DNA of 64,000 nucleotides, taken from assembly GCF_021028975.2 (NCBI RefSeq), contig NC_059439.1:22010001-22074000 (forward strand). The letters are read 5' to 3'. Under the pieces are notes generated by a model, which had not been told where the DNA came from, ran no database searches, and worked only from the letters and a program-made list of their open reading frames with translations. A program made the translations under genes and the position numbers. Below, piece by piece: positions 35,776 through 48,900 of the stretch. This DNA comes from Sphaerodactylus townsendi. Taxonomy: Eukaryota. The number at the start of each line of letters is the position of its first letter. The first letter of the stretch is position 1.

Positions 35776-37574
35776 AGCAATTCTAATTTAATAGGGGAAG
35801 AGGACAGATAAAACAGGTGCTTCTTAAATCAAAATGTAATCACGTTCCCTAATTTGTTCTGTTTTAAAGATAAAGCTCATATGACGCTACATAGGAGACT
35901 GTCTCATACAGGATGAATTACCGCTGATTTTTTTAAATGCACATTTGAAGCATTTTACAGCTTGTACTCAGAAAGAAAGCAAGGAACCCACTTACCAATT
36001 ATTTGCTTTCCTCTTCCACTGGAAGACTGGTCAGACAAAACTACTATGGATTTGTTGCAACTTCCACAAGCCCAGACAGAATTTTAAATGTGTACTCGAT
36101 ATTTCTCCATATTTTCAAGTATTGTGTATTGACTGGATGTTTCACTGCTTTTCAGAATAAATCTCAGGGAGGAAAGTCTCTTGCATATTTTATATGTGAG
36201 ATGTAAACTGTTGGATGAAGAATATTTATGTAAGCCAAACTTGATGAACCCTTGGGATTTCCTCTTTATGGTATTGATTAGACTGTGGGGCTCCATCCTC
36301 CAGAAATTCCCTGAAGAACCACGTCATGTGCACTAGCTCAGGGACTGCATCGTTTCCTGGATTTTTTTAATTGGCTTTGGAACTACATTTATTGTTTTTT
36401 GTGAACTGTTGTTAGCGTCCATGATCTGGATAAAAATGAAATAGTGAATCTAGGGCTGCCAGCCTCCAGTTAGTGTCTGGAGATTTCCGGACATTAAAAC
36501 TGACCCCCAAACTACAGTGGTCAAGTCTGTTGACATGGAAGCCTATTGCCACACTGGGGGTAAAGAAATATCCAAAACTCTACCATTAATTTCTTGGTAT
36601 GATAGACATCCTAGAGTCATGAATTAGTGCAAGGGTATTTATTTATTTATTTATTTTCTTAGATTTTTATACCGCCCCATCCCCGAAGATCCCCGAAGGG
36701 CTCTGGGCGGTGAGAGGGATGCCTATATTAAATCAAGGTCTCTGATATCAATGTCGGAACTGAGCTTCATGCGTGGATCCAATTCCATTCACCAAGAATC
36801 TCATAGTTGCTTTGGTATGCTAGCCTTCAATTGCAATAAATCAATCAGCAACCATGTTTGTTCTATTCTTTCTTCAAGCAGATCAATATAGCTTGTGTTT
36901 AGTTAAGGTCTGAATGAGGGTCCACACTGTCTTATCACAGAACATACAATTAGGTATACTCATGGTGACACATTATAATATTATAGGCAGTTTATTTGAA
37001 CACAGTATAAGTAAAGACCCCCCCCCCCGCATTGACAAGAGGTGGACTCTTCAGCCAAGAGGGGGGTGACCCTGCCAATAGTCCATCTGAACCCAGGCAA
37101 CAAAGTGCACTGATAGGAAATTATCTTGTCTCTGTGTGTGGATGTCTGTAACTTTGTTCTCTGGTGCCATTGTCTAATTCTTCTTCTACAAAGAATTACA
37201 AAATAAATAAAATATGGAATTCACAAGAAAACATGGGGGGGGGGACGGGAAAGCGGCGTCTTCAGCGTGGGAGGTGGAAAGCGGAGCCTTCACGCTGCTC
37301 AGGGCTGCACAGGACTGCCTGTGTGAACAGCTCTCCAGGAACCGGTGTTTTCTGTCCCTGGGCCGCTGTTTTTGGCCCCGTGTGGAAAGGGCCTTTGTCT
37401 CATATTCTTTTGGGCTGTGAAATCAACAAAGATCTGTGTTATCTATTGATTAAACCTCTGTTATCATCAAGAAATATTCATCATCCTACACACACAGTCC
37501 TGAACAATCGTAACCCTGAAATTACAATTGCAGTCACCATTTTCTGGCATTTATTCTCAAGAGACAATGATTAC

Positions 37575-37613
<39 letters not shown>

Positions 37614-38234
37614 AACCCAGAATTTCCACCCCACCCCCCTCCCTGGGTTTTTCAGGTTATTGTACTTTGTCTGTCTGTATTAGATCCTGCCAATAAAGGC
37701 ATGAAATGAAATGAATGATAGAACTCTGTTGCTTTTGGGAACTCTTTGATACTATTTGTTTCTGGTGTGATCTTTTAACGTAGAATGAAAATTCTGATGT
37801 GATAGCCAGAAATGAAATACTTTATCTGACCGAAGAAGAATACGGAAACAATGAATGCGTCTGAATGTATGAATATTGGTCGTATTGATCCATCTAGCCC
37901 AAAATGGAAATTCCAAAATATTTCAAGCGATACACAGATAAATTATGCTAACTGCATAATGTTCTGGAGTCCCCTGCAACATGTTTCAGACCATAGAACA
38001 ACTTGTAGTACTGATCCCACAAACTGCAGTTCACTCAAGACTTTTAAAAATATTTTGGCAGAAATCAGCTGTCCATTGGTGAAGTTCACTAGACTTTCCC
38101 AGAGACGAACTTAGTATTAATTTAGGAAAATTTGTGCCACATCTTCAGAGTCCTGCTTGACTTTTATGCTAGAATTCATATTGCCCCTTATGTACATGGT
38201 AATGGTTTGAACACTCCAAAAATCCTGAGACTTA

Positions 38235-38375
38235 GGCTCATTCTGCACATGCAGAATAATGCACTTTCAAACTGCTTTTAGTGCTCTTTGAAGCTGTGCG
38301 GAATGGCAAAATCCACTTGCAAACAGTTGTGAAAGTGGTTTGAAAACACATTATTTTGCATGTGCAGAAGGGGCC
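38235..38375. mobile_element. 141-bp Harbinger-type MITE
   Basis: TIRs as at 11912; TSD TTA. Confidence 0.9.
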
Positions 38376-38569
38376 TTATAAAAGTCCAAAAGAATTTAAG
38401 TTGAAATTTTAAAAATACAGATGAAACGTCCATGATATACTACATAAACATTGCATAGATGCCAAACAGGTTAGCACTGCTGAGTGGAAAGCCAAGTTCC
38501 ATTGTTAGATGACAGAAGGTCATATTTCTCCAATACTGCAAACCATTTTGAAAAAACTCTTTGAGGCTA

Positions 38570-39496
38570 TCATATTGAATTCAAAAATTTCCTCTTCCTC
38601 AGAGCTTCTTGGATGTCTTTGTTTCTTAGAGTATAAATGATAGGATTCATAAGTGGGGGTAAAACTGCATACAAAACAGCAGCTAACATGTCCACAGATG
38701 GTGACAGCATCTCCTGAGGTCTCATGTAAGTAAACATGACAGTAAAAACAAAAAGAGAAAACATGGTCAAGTGTGGGATGCAGGTAGAGAAAGCTTTATA
38801 CTTCCCCTGGCCTGACTGGATCTTGAACACAGCAGAGAAGATGTAACTGTAGGAAACCAATATGAACACAGAGCAGAAAAAACCCACAGTAAGAACACAG
38901 ACAGAAGTGAAGATCTCATTGAACTTGGTATCAGTGCAAGATATCTTCAACAACTGTGGGATATCACAGAAATATTGTTCAACTACGCTGGACCAGCAGA
39001 ACTGTAGCCGGAATGTGTTTGCTGTTTGTATTATTCCATTGATTACACTCAAGACCAGCGCAGCAGATGCCATTTGGAAGCAGGAATCCCAGTTCATGAT
39101 CAGCATGTACTGTAGGGGATGGCAGATTGCCACATAGCGGTCATAAGCCATGACAGTGAGCAGGGCAACTTCTGCGGTAGTGCATGCAACAACAACGAAA
39201 AGTTGGCCGACGCATCCCCAGAAAGAAATCCGGTTGTCATTCATAAAGGAATTAGCCATGGATTTGGGAACCGTGGAAGAGATGAAGCAGGCATCTACTA
39301 ATGACAAGACAGCCAGGAAAAAATACATGGGGGTATGAAGGTGATGAACCAGGACCACAGTTACGATGATGAGAAAATTTCCCATCAGGGTTGTTAAGTA
39401 GAGAACGAGAAATGCCATAAAATGTAAAACCTGTAGCTCTCGCATATCAGAGAATCCTTGGAGGATGAATTCAGTCACAGCTGTTTGGTTTACCAT
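38570..39496 (-). CDS. Olfactory receptor, intact, 308 aa (OR14-like)
   Basis: Starts MVNQT after acceptor ttttgtccacag; [60 protein letters not shown]. Confidence 0.95.
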   Translation of the reverse strand: MVNQTAVTEFILQGFSDMRELQVLHFMAFLVLYLTTLMGNFLIIVTVVLVHHLHTPMYFFLAVLSLVDACFISSTVPKSMANSFMNDNRISFWGCVGQLFVVVACTTAEVALLTVMAYDRYVAICHPLQYMLIMNWDSCFQMASAALVLSVINGIIQTANTFRLQFCWSSVVEQYFCDIPQLLKISCTDTKFNEIFTSVCVLTVGFFCSVFILVSYSYIFSAVFKIQSGQGKYKAFSTCIPHLTMFSLFVFTVMFTYMRPQEMLSPSVDMLAAVLYAVLPPLMNPIIYTLRNKDIQEALRKRKFLNSI

Positions 39497-40089
39497 GTGT
39501 TCCTCTGTGCAAAATTCTGTGGACAAAAAGGTATAAAAGGGGGTTTACTATGGTTTGTACTTTTTTGTTTCCATGATGCAACTACTGGGTGCAACCTTCA
39601 GAAGTCTATTTAAGAAGGCAACTAAAAAGCTATGTGTTGTCAGAAGTAGACACAAAGTGAGAAATTGAGATGTCCAGTTGCAAATGTGTGGTTTGTTGCT
39701 TGTCCCAGTATCCTCAGTATATATTTGCAATGTGTAAAAATGTGAAGTTCTCCCCTACAATTTGAAAAGCACAAGATCAGGCAGCAGATTGAAACTAGTA
39801 AAAAGTCATCATGAATATCCCCCCCGCCCCTAAATTCAATTATGAATGCAATACCTATCTTTTTCAAGGTATCCCAAAAACTTGAGCAGCAGACAAAATA
39901 TCTCTGACTCAGTATTTGATGCTTAAGAGGATTGTAGGAAGGGTTATTAGGGGAGAGAAGGCAGAATGGATACCTAATACTTTGACATCCACAGCTTTCC
40001 CTCCACAACTTTCCCCAGACACTGTCCCCCATTTTATACCTTACCCAAGCTCCAAGGCAGAAAAGTGCTTTGTGAACACAAAAAACGAA

Positions 40090-40230
40090 GGCCCCTTCCA
40101 CACACGCAAAATAATGCATTTTCAAACCACTTTCACAACTGTTTGCAAGTGGATTTTGCTATTCCGCACAGCTTCAAAGAGCACTGAAAGCAGTTTGAAA
40201 GTGCATTATTCTGCATGTGCGAAATGAGCC
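40090..40230. mobile_element. 141-bp Harbinger-type MITE
   Basis: TIRs; TSD GAA; related variant at 40375-40510. Confidence 0.9.
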
Positions 40231-40979
40231 GAAGTCAGCCTCCCAAGACACAGAACATGCCTTTAAAAGTTCTCATGATTTTTAACTTGCACCACACCAC
40301 ATTTCATAACCTCTAGATTTTGTGGGCCGCCTGATACTATTCCTTTCTGGATCCATCTTTCTATGCAGAACTGAGGCCCCTTCCGCACATGCAGAATAAT
40401 TTCAATCCACTTTCAGTGCAATTTGCAGCTGTGTGGAATAGCCAAATCCACTTGCAAACAATTATGAAAGTGAATTGAAAGTGCATTATTCTGCATGTGC
40501 GGAAGGGGCCTAAGATTCTTATGTGCTAGCCAGAAATAAAACACCTTATCTGACCAGATACTTTTCACAGAAAAACCTAATAAGATTACTGACCTGTTCA
40601 CTTGCTGCATTTAGAATGACTAGACTTAGTTGTGAGAAGATATGGTTTAGCTGCATAGATGAGATGGCCTCATTTCTTCTTGTCTGGGTTTCCATTATCT
40701 GTTTTCCATAAATCCACATGAGTATGTGTCCCAGAGGGAGAAAATGAAACGTCTCTTGAATAAACTTGAGAAAAGCCATCTGGGATCTGTTGATAATACA
40801 GTCCCTTTAGTGATGTTCCAAGCACCTTCTTCAAAACAAGATTAATTTGAAGGAAGAGAACCTATGCCAAGATCAGGTCAGGCCAATGGTCTGGTGCAGG
40901 AGAGTAAAACCCTATGCGCCTGCTTAACATAGCTGTCAAACTGTATAGTAAACATCCCTTGGACAAACTAGAGGACTGG

Positions 40980-41310
40980 GAAGCCTTGAATTGTACTATA
41001 TAACCCTATCAGTCTGGCTTTAAAAAGGGCCAAAGTACTGTAGAGTATTCAACCTTATATCAACTAGCTGCTCTAGGCATAAGTGAACATACCAAAGCCC
41101 TCTTCATGTCCTTTTTAGACTGGCAGAGGCATTTGATTCTGTAGAAATTGTCTTTGGGCAATAAGAATTACACATAGACACTATGGCCAAGATCCCCTGA
41201 CTAAAGCAATTTCAGTCATCAAGGGTATAAAGCAAGGATGTGTACAGACTCCCATGGTCTTCAAGTTGTATTTAAATAAAATGGTTGCAAAATTATATGC
41301 CCAGAGTTTA
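40980..41310 (+). mobile_element. Old LINE reverse transcriptase remnant
   Basis: Decayed FLDWQ.AFDSVE and GIKQGCVQTPMVFKLYLN motifs. Confidence 0.6.
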
Positions 41311-41332
41311 CTAGTCCTTCTCTGGGTTATCC

Positions 41333-41643
41333 CTCAGCCTGGTGTAGAAGTTAACAGCAGTGGACTCTAATCTGGAGGACAGGGTTGGATTCCCTACTCC
41401 TCCACATGAGTTGCAGACTATTTTCTTCTTAACTGGATTTGTTTCTGTGTTCCTACACATGAAGGCTGCTGGGTGATCTTGGGTGCTAGTCACAGTTCTT
41501 TCTGAACTCTCTCAGCCCCACCTACCTCAGGAAGTGTCTGTTGAGGGAAGAGAAAAAGATGGAGTTTGTAAGCCTCCTTGAGACTCCTTACAGGATAGAA
41601 AAGGGGGTATAAATACAAACTGTTCTCTTCTTCTTTTCTTCTC
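41333..41643 (+). mobile_element. tRNA-derived SINE (older copy)
   Basis: tggtgtagaag..gggttggattccc, gggtgatcttggg..gtcacag, (TCT)-like tail. Confidence 0.8.
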
Positions 41644-43551
41644 CATCTTACTATTGGCAGATGACACCCCTTTAGTGTATGCAACAAACACTTAATAAAA
41701 GTTCTGACTGCCATCTTATGTTTAATAAACAGACTATGTTTACACAGTGGTTTGTCAGACCCCTGGAACAAAACATTCATTAGTTCATTCATTAGTTCAT
41801 TCGGTTGTTCATTCATTCGTTAGTTCATTCATTCAGTGTATTTTTATCCCACTCTTTTTCCAAGGAGCTCAGAATAACTTACACAGTTCTCTCCTCCTCC
41901 ATTTTATTTTCTTATCACCTCAACTAGGTTAGGCTTAGAGTGAATAATTAGTACAAGGTCAGCAAATATATTTCATAGAACAGAGAGATATGAATGCAGG
42001 TCTCCCTCAGCCCTAATCTGACATTTAACCATTGGTAGAATGATGAGAGCAGCATGCATGTATTTGTTGGAATTTTAATTGGTACTTCTCCTCTTAAATT
42101 GTTGACCCCTCTATGGGTTTACTTTAGAGTTTCTAATAATTTTTGAACAGACATGACGTCATTTCCAGGTTTAGCACGAAGGTGATACAACACTGGTTAT
42201 TTTTATTTGTTTCCTTCTGCCAGCTGTTAGAGTGTTGGTTGGCAAAGGGAGATTGGGGCAGATCTCCTCACCCCAGTGGGCAAATAGCATGCCTAGATGC
42301 CAAGGGTGCCTGGCATTATAATTATTGGTCAGCCCAAGATTCCCTTTCCCAAAGATACCCTAAAAAGGAAACAAGGAAACACTAGAGCATTAGAGGAGTT
42401 GGCAGATTTGTGAGGGAGAGTCTATTCACACCTACTGGTGTTTGTCACTGACAGCGCAGATCTTAGCAGCAACTTTCAGTGCTCAAAGAAGGTTTTTGGA
42501 ATATCCTTGGAGAAACCAGGGCATTACAGTCTCCTGTGTCATAAGCTGTTTTAATTATTCCCTCTGGGTCTACATTGCTATAAACGTGGAAATTGGAAAA
42601 CAGATCCTTGAAACATTTACAAAAGAACTGATGAAGCAATGTCCTCTATATAGCTATATTCTCTATCTTCTCCCAGCACAACACCCTTTTTATGTCCAAG
42701 TCCAGAAAATAGTGACGAGGTCAGTAGCTTTATTGTTTTGTTCTGTGAAGTGTATCGGGTTTGGTGGGTGTTCTATTTCTGTCTAACAAAACAGGATCTG
42801 CCTAGTACATTTCTGTCTACCATATCAGAACTAAGTATTGTCGAAGGTTTTCATGGCTGGAATCACTGGGGGCCAGAAACATCCCATATCAGAACTAGTT
42901 TTCAAACTGTGCAGCATACTATAAAGCTGAGTATGTACGATTCATTTCATTGATTTCTGCAGTCAAGGATTACAAGGCAAAAGAAGAACTATCAGTCGTA
43001 TTTCCCATCTAATTTAAATCCAGAGGTGGGCATTTACAGGAGACAGTGAATGGGAAGAAATCCTTCTTTTTGATCTCAGAGCATGCTTGGAGGACAAGAA
43101 ATGACTGGGAACTATACTGGGAAGATAATAGTGATGCCTGGGACAGAGTCCAGAAGTTCATCATCAGTCCCAAATCCACATCCCCTTTAAATGCCAAATA
43201 CTGAACTGGGAGTCTTAAATTTCTTGTTCAAGGCTAGTCCTGTTGTGCTTGGCATCATGAAAAAAGTGACATTATAGCTACACTTAAATGAGAAGGTTTT
43301 TTAGTGGAGGGAGGGGACAGCCATGATGCTTGCTGTCTGGTTGAAATATGATTCTCTGTTTTTCTTGAATTTCATGGATTTATGCATTGCTTGAATGCAC
43401 TGTGAATCTATGCTGAAGAAACTGGTGCAGGCTGCAAGGTTTCCAAGTGCATGTTCATTGTATATATGCAAGCACAACTCCTTCCCTTCTCTCTTCGCAC
43501 AAACATTTGACAAATGTGAATGTTTCTTTACTTTTGAGCACATTTCTCTAT

Positions 43552-43692
43552 GGCCCCTTCCGCACACGCAAAATAATGTGTTTTCAAACCACTTTCACAA
43601 CTGTTTGCAAGTGGATTTTGCTGTTCCGCACAGCTTCAAAGAGCACTGAAAGCAGTTTGAAAGTGCATTATTCTGCATGTGCGGAATGAGCC
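43552..43692. mobile_element. 141-bp Harbinger-type MITE
   Basis: TIRs GGCCCCTTCCGCAC / GTGCGGAATGAGCC. Confidence 0.9.
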
Positions 43693-43793
43693 TAAGTGTC
43701 TTGATCAATCTGTCATGGAAGAGAGACAGAAAGAGACAGAAAGATGAACATTTATTTCCTTACTCTCCACAGAATTTTCTTCTACCAAAACAA

Positions 43794-44720
43794 ATGGTAA
43801 ACAAAACGGTCGTGACAGAATTCATCCTTGAAGGATTCTCTGATCAGCGAGAGCTACAGATTTTGCATTTTATGGTGTTTCTCTCCCTCTACTTAGCTAC
43901 CCTGACGGGAAATCTTTTCATCATCACCTCCGTGGCACTGTTTCCTCATCTTCATACCCCCATGTACTTTTTCCTGGCTGTCTTGTCATCAGTAGATGTT
44001 TGCTTCATCTCTACTACTGTCCCGACATCGATGGTCAATTCCCTGATGAATAACAATAAGATTTCTTTTGCAGGATGTGTCAGCCAAGTTCTCCTTGTTG
44101 TTGCATGTGCCAGTGCAGAAATTACCCTGCTCACTATCATGGCTTATGACCGCTACGTCGCGATCTGCCATCCCCTACAGTACATGCTGATCATGAACTG
44201 GGATGCCTGCTTCCAAATGGCAGCTGCTGCGTTGATCTTCAGTTTATTGAATGGAGTAACGCAAACAGCAAACACATTTTGGCGACAGTTCTGCTGGTCC
44301 AATGTAGTTGAACAATATTTCTGTGATGTTCCTCAGTTATTAAGGATATCTTGCGCTGATACCAAGTTCAATGAGATCTTCAATTCAGTCGGAGTTCTTA
44401 TAATAGGGGCAGTTTGCTCTGTGTTCATATTGGTTTCCTACAGTTACATCTTCTCTGCTGTGTTCAAGATCCAGTCAGGCCAGGGAAAATATAAAGCTTT
44501 CTCTACCTGCATCCCACACTTGACCATGTTTTCGCTTTTTGTTTTTACTATCATGCTTACTTACATGATGCCTCAGGAGATGTTGTCTTCATATATGAAC
44601 TTGCTTTCGGCTGTTTTGTACGCTGTTTTGCCCCCACTCATGAATCCTATCATTTATAGCCTGAGAAACAGAGACATTCAAGTGGCACTGAGGAAGATAA
44701 TGTGTCAAAATGCCATGTGA
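43794..44720 (+). CDS. Olfactory receptor, intact, 308 aa (OR14-like; inverted paralog of 38570-39496)
   Basis: Starts MVNKT after acceptor ctctccacag; [48 protein letters not shown]. Confidence 0.95.
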   Translation: MVNKTVVTEFILEGFSDQRELQILHFMVFLSLYLATLTGNLFIITSVALFPHLHTPMYFFLAVLSSVDVCFISTTVPTSMVNSLMNNNKISFAGCVSQVLLVVACASAEITLLTIMAYDRYVAICHPLQYMLIMNWDACFQMAAAALIFSLLNGVTQTANTFWRQFCWSNVVEQYFCDVPQLLRISCADTKFNEIFNSVGVLIIGAVCSVFILVSYSYIFSAVFKIQSGQGKYKAFSTCIPHLTMFSLFVFTIMLTYMMPQEMLSSYMNLLSAVLYAVLPPLMNPIIYSLRNRDIQVALRKIMCQNAM

Positions 44721-45419
44721 TAACCTCAAAGAGTTTCTTCCAGAAGTTGCAGCATTGAAGTGAAGGTGACCATCTTCCACTTTTTTCCTCTTTATTTTAC
44801 CTGTATCGTCTTATATGCCAATAAAGGCTTGGTGCTACCTCTTAAAAATGAGACTTTGATTATGGACATTGCTTTTTTAAATGTACACATTGAAATGCTT
44901 GAATACTTCCTTGCTCCATGTTGCTTGTACATAGGGGCTTCTACTAATCTGAGCCAGCATGGATGATTTCCCATCATGTTTACTCCTACAACACCCACAA
45001 TTTTACTGAAGCCAATGGCCAGTTTTTAATCAACTTGCTTTATTTTCCAATGAGCTATGCCTGCCATGAACTGACAATGTTAGCTGTATTTGATTAGTAA
45101 ATGGGGGTGGGTGGTTTTTAAAGGTAACCTGGGCCATGATATTAAGTTTCCCATAATTCTTGCCACTGGAACTCCAATCATTAGCACTGATCTTTTGGCC
45201 AGGTTTGAAACCCAAAACTTTATTTTCTGGCGCAAACAGAGGATTTGATCTTCCAGTGCAAAAAGTAGTTCTAATCTAGACATTACATGACCATGATATT
45301 CCATTTCCTTTTCGGCACTTCCTTTTTGACAGTTCTCATTATCATCCTGAATCCCGCAACCCATTTTGAAGCCCCTAGCCTTACTTTCTGATGAGTTATG
45401 ACTCCTACAGTCAATCTTA

Positions 45420-45932
45420 GGCCATTTCCGCAAGGGCATTTAATGGCGGCCTGGAGACGGCAAAAACGCCGTCTCCAGGCTGCCATTCGCACAGGGGGCG
45501 CAGCTGCATCGCAGCCGCGTCGCCCTCGCGCCGCCCGACCGCCGCGAAGCCGGCGTTTCCCCAGAGCTCTTGGAAGCGCTCTTGTTGGGCAAATGCCACC
45601 TCGAAGCCGCTGCCGAGCGAACGGCAGCGGCTTCGAGACGCCTCCCCCACTCGGCACTTACCTTGTCCCCGGGCCTCCGCCGCGTCGCCGAGGCCTGGGG
45701 ACATGCCCCCTGCCCTGCTCCGCTGGAGCAGGTGCGCAGGGCCAGGGGGCGTGTCCCCAGGCCTTGGCGACGCGCCGGAGGCCTGGGGACATGCCGGGTT
45801 GGCCGGGCACGGCGCTCCGCGGCGCCGGCTGCCCGGCTCTTTCCAGGACCGTCCGTGCGGACGGTCCCAGCGTCGTGGGGTCAGCGTCGGAAACGCCGAC
45901 CCGGCCGCTTCCGCATTCGTGCGGAAACGGCC
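45420..45932. mobile_element. GC/CpG-rich Harbinger-type MITE
   Basis: TIRs GGCCATTTCCGCAAG / CGTGCGGAAACGGCC; TSD TTA. Confidence 0.9.
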
Positions 45933-48900
45933 TTAGCTTCCACTGCAGATGGCTGGTTTGTTACATATTTGTAAACTATTGTGCATTTTCAGGAAAGTTT
46001 GTAATGAAATATATAAGGAAAAAGTCTGTTGTTATTGCAGTCCAGTTGGAGGCTTTTTTGCCAACATTAAGCTGTAGCCTTGTGGTACCTGCCCTGAGTC
46101 CTTGCGGGATAAAACCACGAAAACAAACAAATATAAATTTGTTCTTTGCTACTTTGTTATGAACAGACAATATTAGCTGTCATCGATAAATACATGGGAG
46201 TGAGTGGTTTTTAATCTGGGCCATGATGTTAAGTTTCCCATAATTCTTGCCACTTAAAGTTCCACATGGGTGCAGATGCAGAATTCCACACAAGGATTCT
46301 TTATATAAAACTCTCTGATGAGCTCCTTGCTCTGCTCTCATTCATAGCAAGTTTTACCCTACAGGTTTTGCTACTAGTGAAACCAATGGAAAGGCTTTGC
46401 TGTGAATCTTTAGCATCTTTGTTTATTAAAGCCACATGGGATGGGGTTACAGTGAGATGGGGAACTGGGAGAGTTCAAGGTGAAGACAAGAACAAATCTG
46501 ATTTTAAGTGGATTTAAATGTAAATCCACATTTACCTTTACATTGACCATAAATGTAAAGATGATCGCGTTCTCAAAAAAACGTGCCAGAGGAAATATTG
46601 GGTGAATGGAGTTTTGTGCACAGTTCATTGCCACTGTCAGGAACATTAGGGACCACTGATTTTATTTTAAACCAGAAATGTTGCTGTCCTAAAAAGAAAC
46701 ACTAATTCTTTCAATGGAAAGAACAAAGCTTGAATGTCATGTTGTGCAACGGGTAGGATATGATGCTCATTCACCCTGTGAATTCAAGGATCATCCTTAT
46801 AGAAGTTAACTCTTTGAAATGTTATTTTTTAAATAAAAATTGTATTGCCCCATCCACAAACTTCTATTGTACAAAAGTTTGAACAATGAAGCTCCTAAAT
46901 AGGCGAAAGGCACTTCCAACCACAGCTCAGATATTTAGTTTGACAGAAGCTGATCACCCCCAGTGGAAGTTCCACTCAGAAGCCTTGAAATGTTATCAGA
47001 AGGTCATTGCTCTCTACAGAAAGCAACAACTTCTCTTGGGATCTCTGTTACTGAACACTTTTGGGATACGTGGTGAACATCCTCAAGAATAGATCAGAAG
47101 GTACTTGTAAAAACCTTTTTTTCTCACCAAGCATATATTTACTATGAACACAAGGAGCTCATGATTGCAGTGGGTGTACATGGATATGGAATTCACTGTC
47201 ACCTTTTGGACATCTCTGAAGAAATTGAATGAGAAAACCTGAAAGCACTTGCCTGAAAGGTAAAACTGTTCTGTCACTTCCTCATCTACTCTTCTCCATT
47301 GTCATCCAACAAGATCCTTCTCTGAAAATTCTACCTTATGTGAATTTGCTAGATGGTAAAGACATAATCTTCTTCAAGGATAAGCATCTTTCCTCCTCTT
47401 CTCTAATCTTCATTTCTAAAACGCTTCAGTAAGGTATGGAAGCAGTTGAAAAGTGGAATATGATGTTTAAATCCTGAAAACTAGCTATGAAGGTGAAATA
47501 CTTGGGACATGAAATAAGTCAGCTTACAGTCTACTATTTAGACTGAATGAGTCTTCATGGTTGCAGTTAACTGTACAGAACCTTGTCCAATCCTCTTCCA
47601 GCAAGCCTCATGATTCCTACCTAGTATAGTGCTTTTTGGGTGGTCAACGGAGACCTTTGCTCCTCTTTTCACTAGTAGAGAAGCTGATTAGATCCAACCA
47701 TTTGTTTAAAAAAAATCTTTAAATATTTTACTTCTTACTATGGGAGTCAGTATGCCACCTAATAATTCCATAGAAATATGCTTTTATATTCTATACCAGT
47801 GACCATGGTTCCTCAGCCCTTCTTCTGCATGGTATGAAGTGTAATGGCACCTTAGGGTAACCTCACTTTTTGTGTAATGGCGCCTTAGGGTAACCTCACT
47901 TGATGCATTCCATCAAGTTGTGGAGTAACTATGTAGATAGAAATATAATAATGCATTAAAAGTGTCCTTATCTAGTTCCTCATTCCTTTTCACGCTAAAA
48001 TGCAGTTTCACAGGTCAACACCAGCAGTTTGATGTTTCCACTGCATATTAGCATATGGTTCTCTCCTCCGCACAGAGATACTCTGTCTTCACCAAGTGCT
48101 TGCTGTCAATTAATTATTTCATCTTCAGGGATAATGGAGTGAGGATTCTATCAAGACCTTTATTGCTTTAACATGTCCATGAGTGAGTGAGTTCATATGA
48201 GTAGCATGTCTGATTTCCACATAGCTTCTTTGATATCAAATCACTGCAGCCTATAGAAGCTCTTAAATCTGCAGTGTATTGTCCGGGGTTTACTCAGCTA
48301 ACACAAAAGTAATGAAAGGATGATGCAGTGTCCTTTAGCCAGACCTGGGGGTTATAGGATCTGCATGTGTGACAGGGACTATAATAAAGAGGGGAACTGG
48401 GCAAAATTTAGTAGAAGATCTGGCTGGATGTCACCCAGTGTGTGTCGAAGTGAATTGACCATATATCCTGGCTTTGTAGAAAGTATAGCTGACTCACATT
48501 TTGTTCAGGCAAGTCCCAGGCTCCCACCCAATTTAGCATTTTGGGGTGATCAAAGGAGGAGACCCCTTCCCCTCTTTTTACGAGTGGAAAAGCTGATTGG
48601 GTCCAATTGACTTTTCAAACAATTGTTCAATATTTATTGCTTACATTGCAAACCAAATGGCCACCTTGTTTTTCCACAGAAACATGCATTCATATTCGGC
48701 CCCAGGGATTGCAGTTTCCCAGCTTTACTTCTGCAAGGTATGAGTAATGGCACTATATGCCATGGTAAGGTCACTTGTGTGCATCCCTTCAGGTGGACAC
48801 TCTGAAGATAGAAACATTACAATTGAATGTATGCATTATTTCCACTATTGTTTCTTCCCATATTCCCTTTCGCGCTGACATACATTTGCACAGATCCATT

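Noticed and set aside
36240-36380. O/E-like acccttggga with nearby TAATTG/TAATCA as an OR enhancer
   Set aside because: Short imperfect motifs expected by chance; no conservation data available
39497-39526. Extra N-terminal MSTEFCTEEH
   Set aside because: Non-ATG start that crosses the splice acceptor
43677-43793. 39-aa N-terminal extension of the 347-aa OR ORF
   Set aside because: The upstream ATG is inside a MITE and 5' of a splice acceptor; the paralog starts at the equivalent MVN
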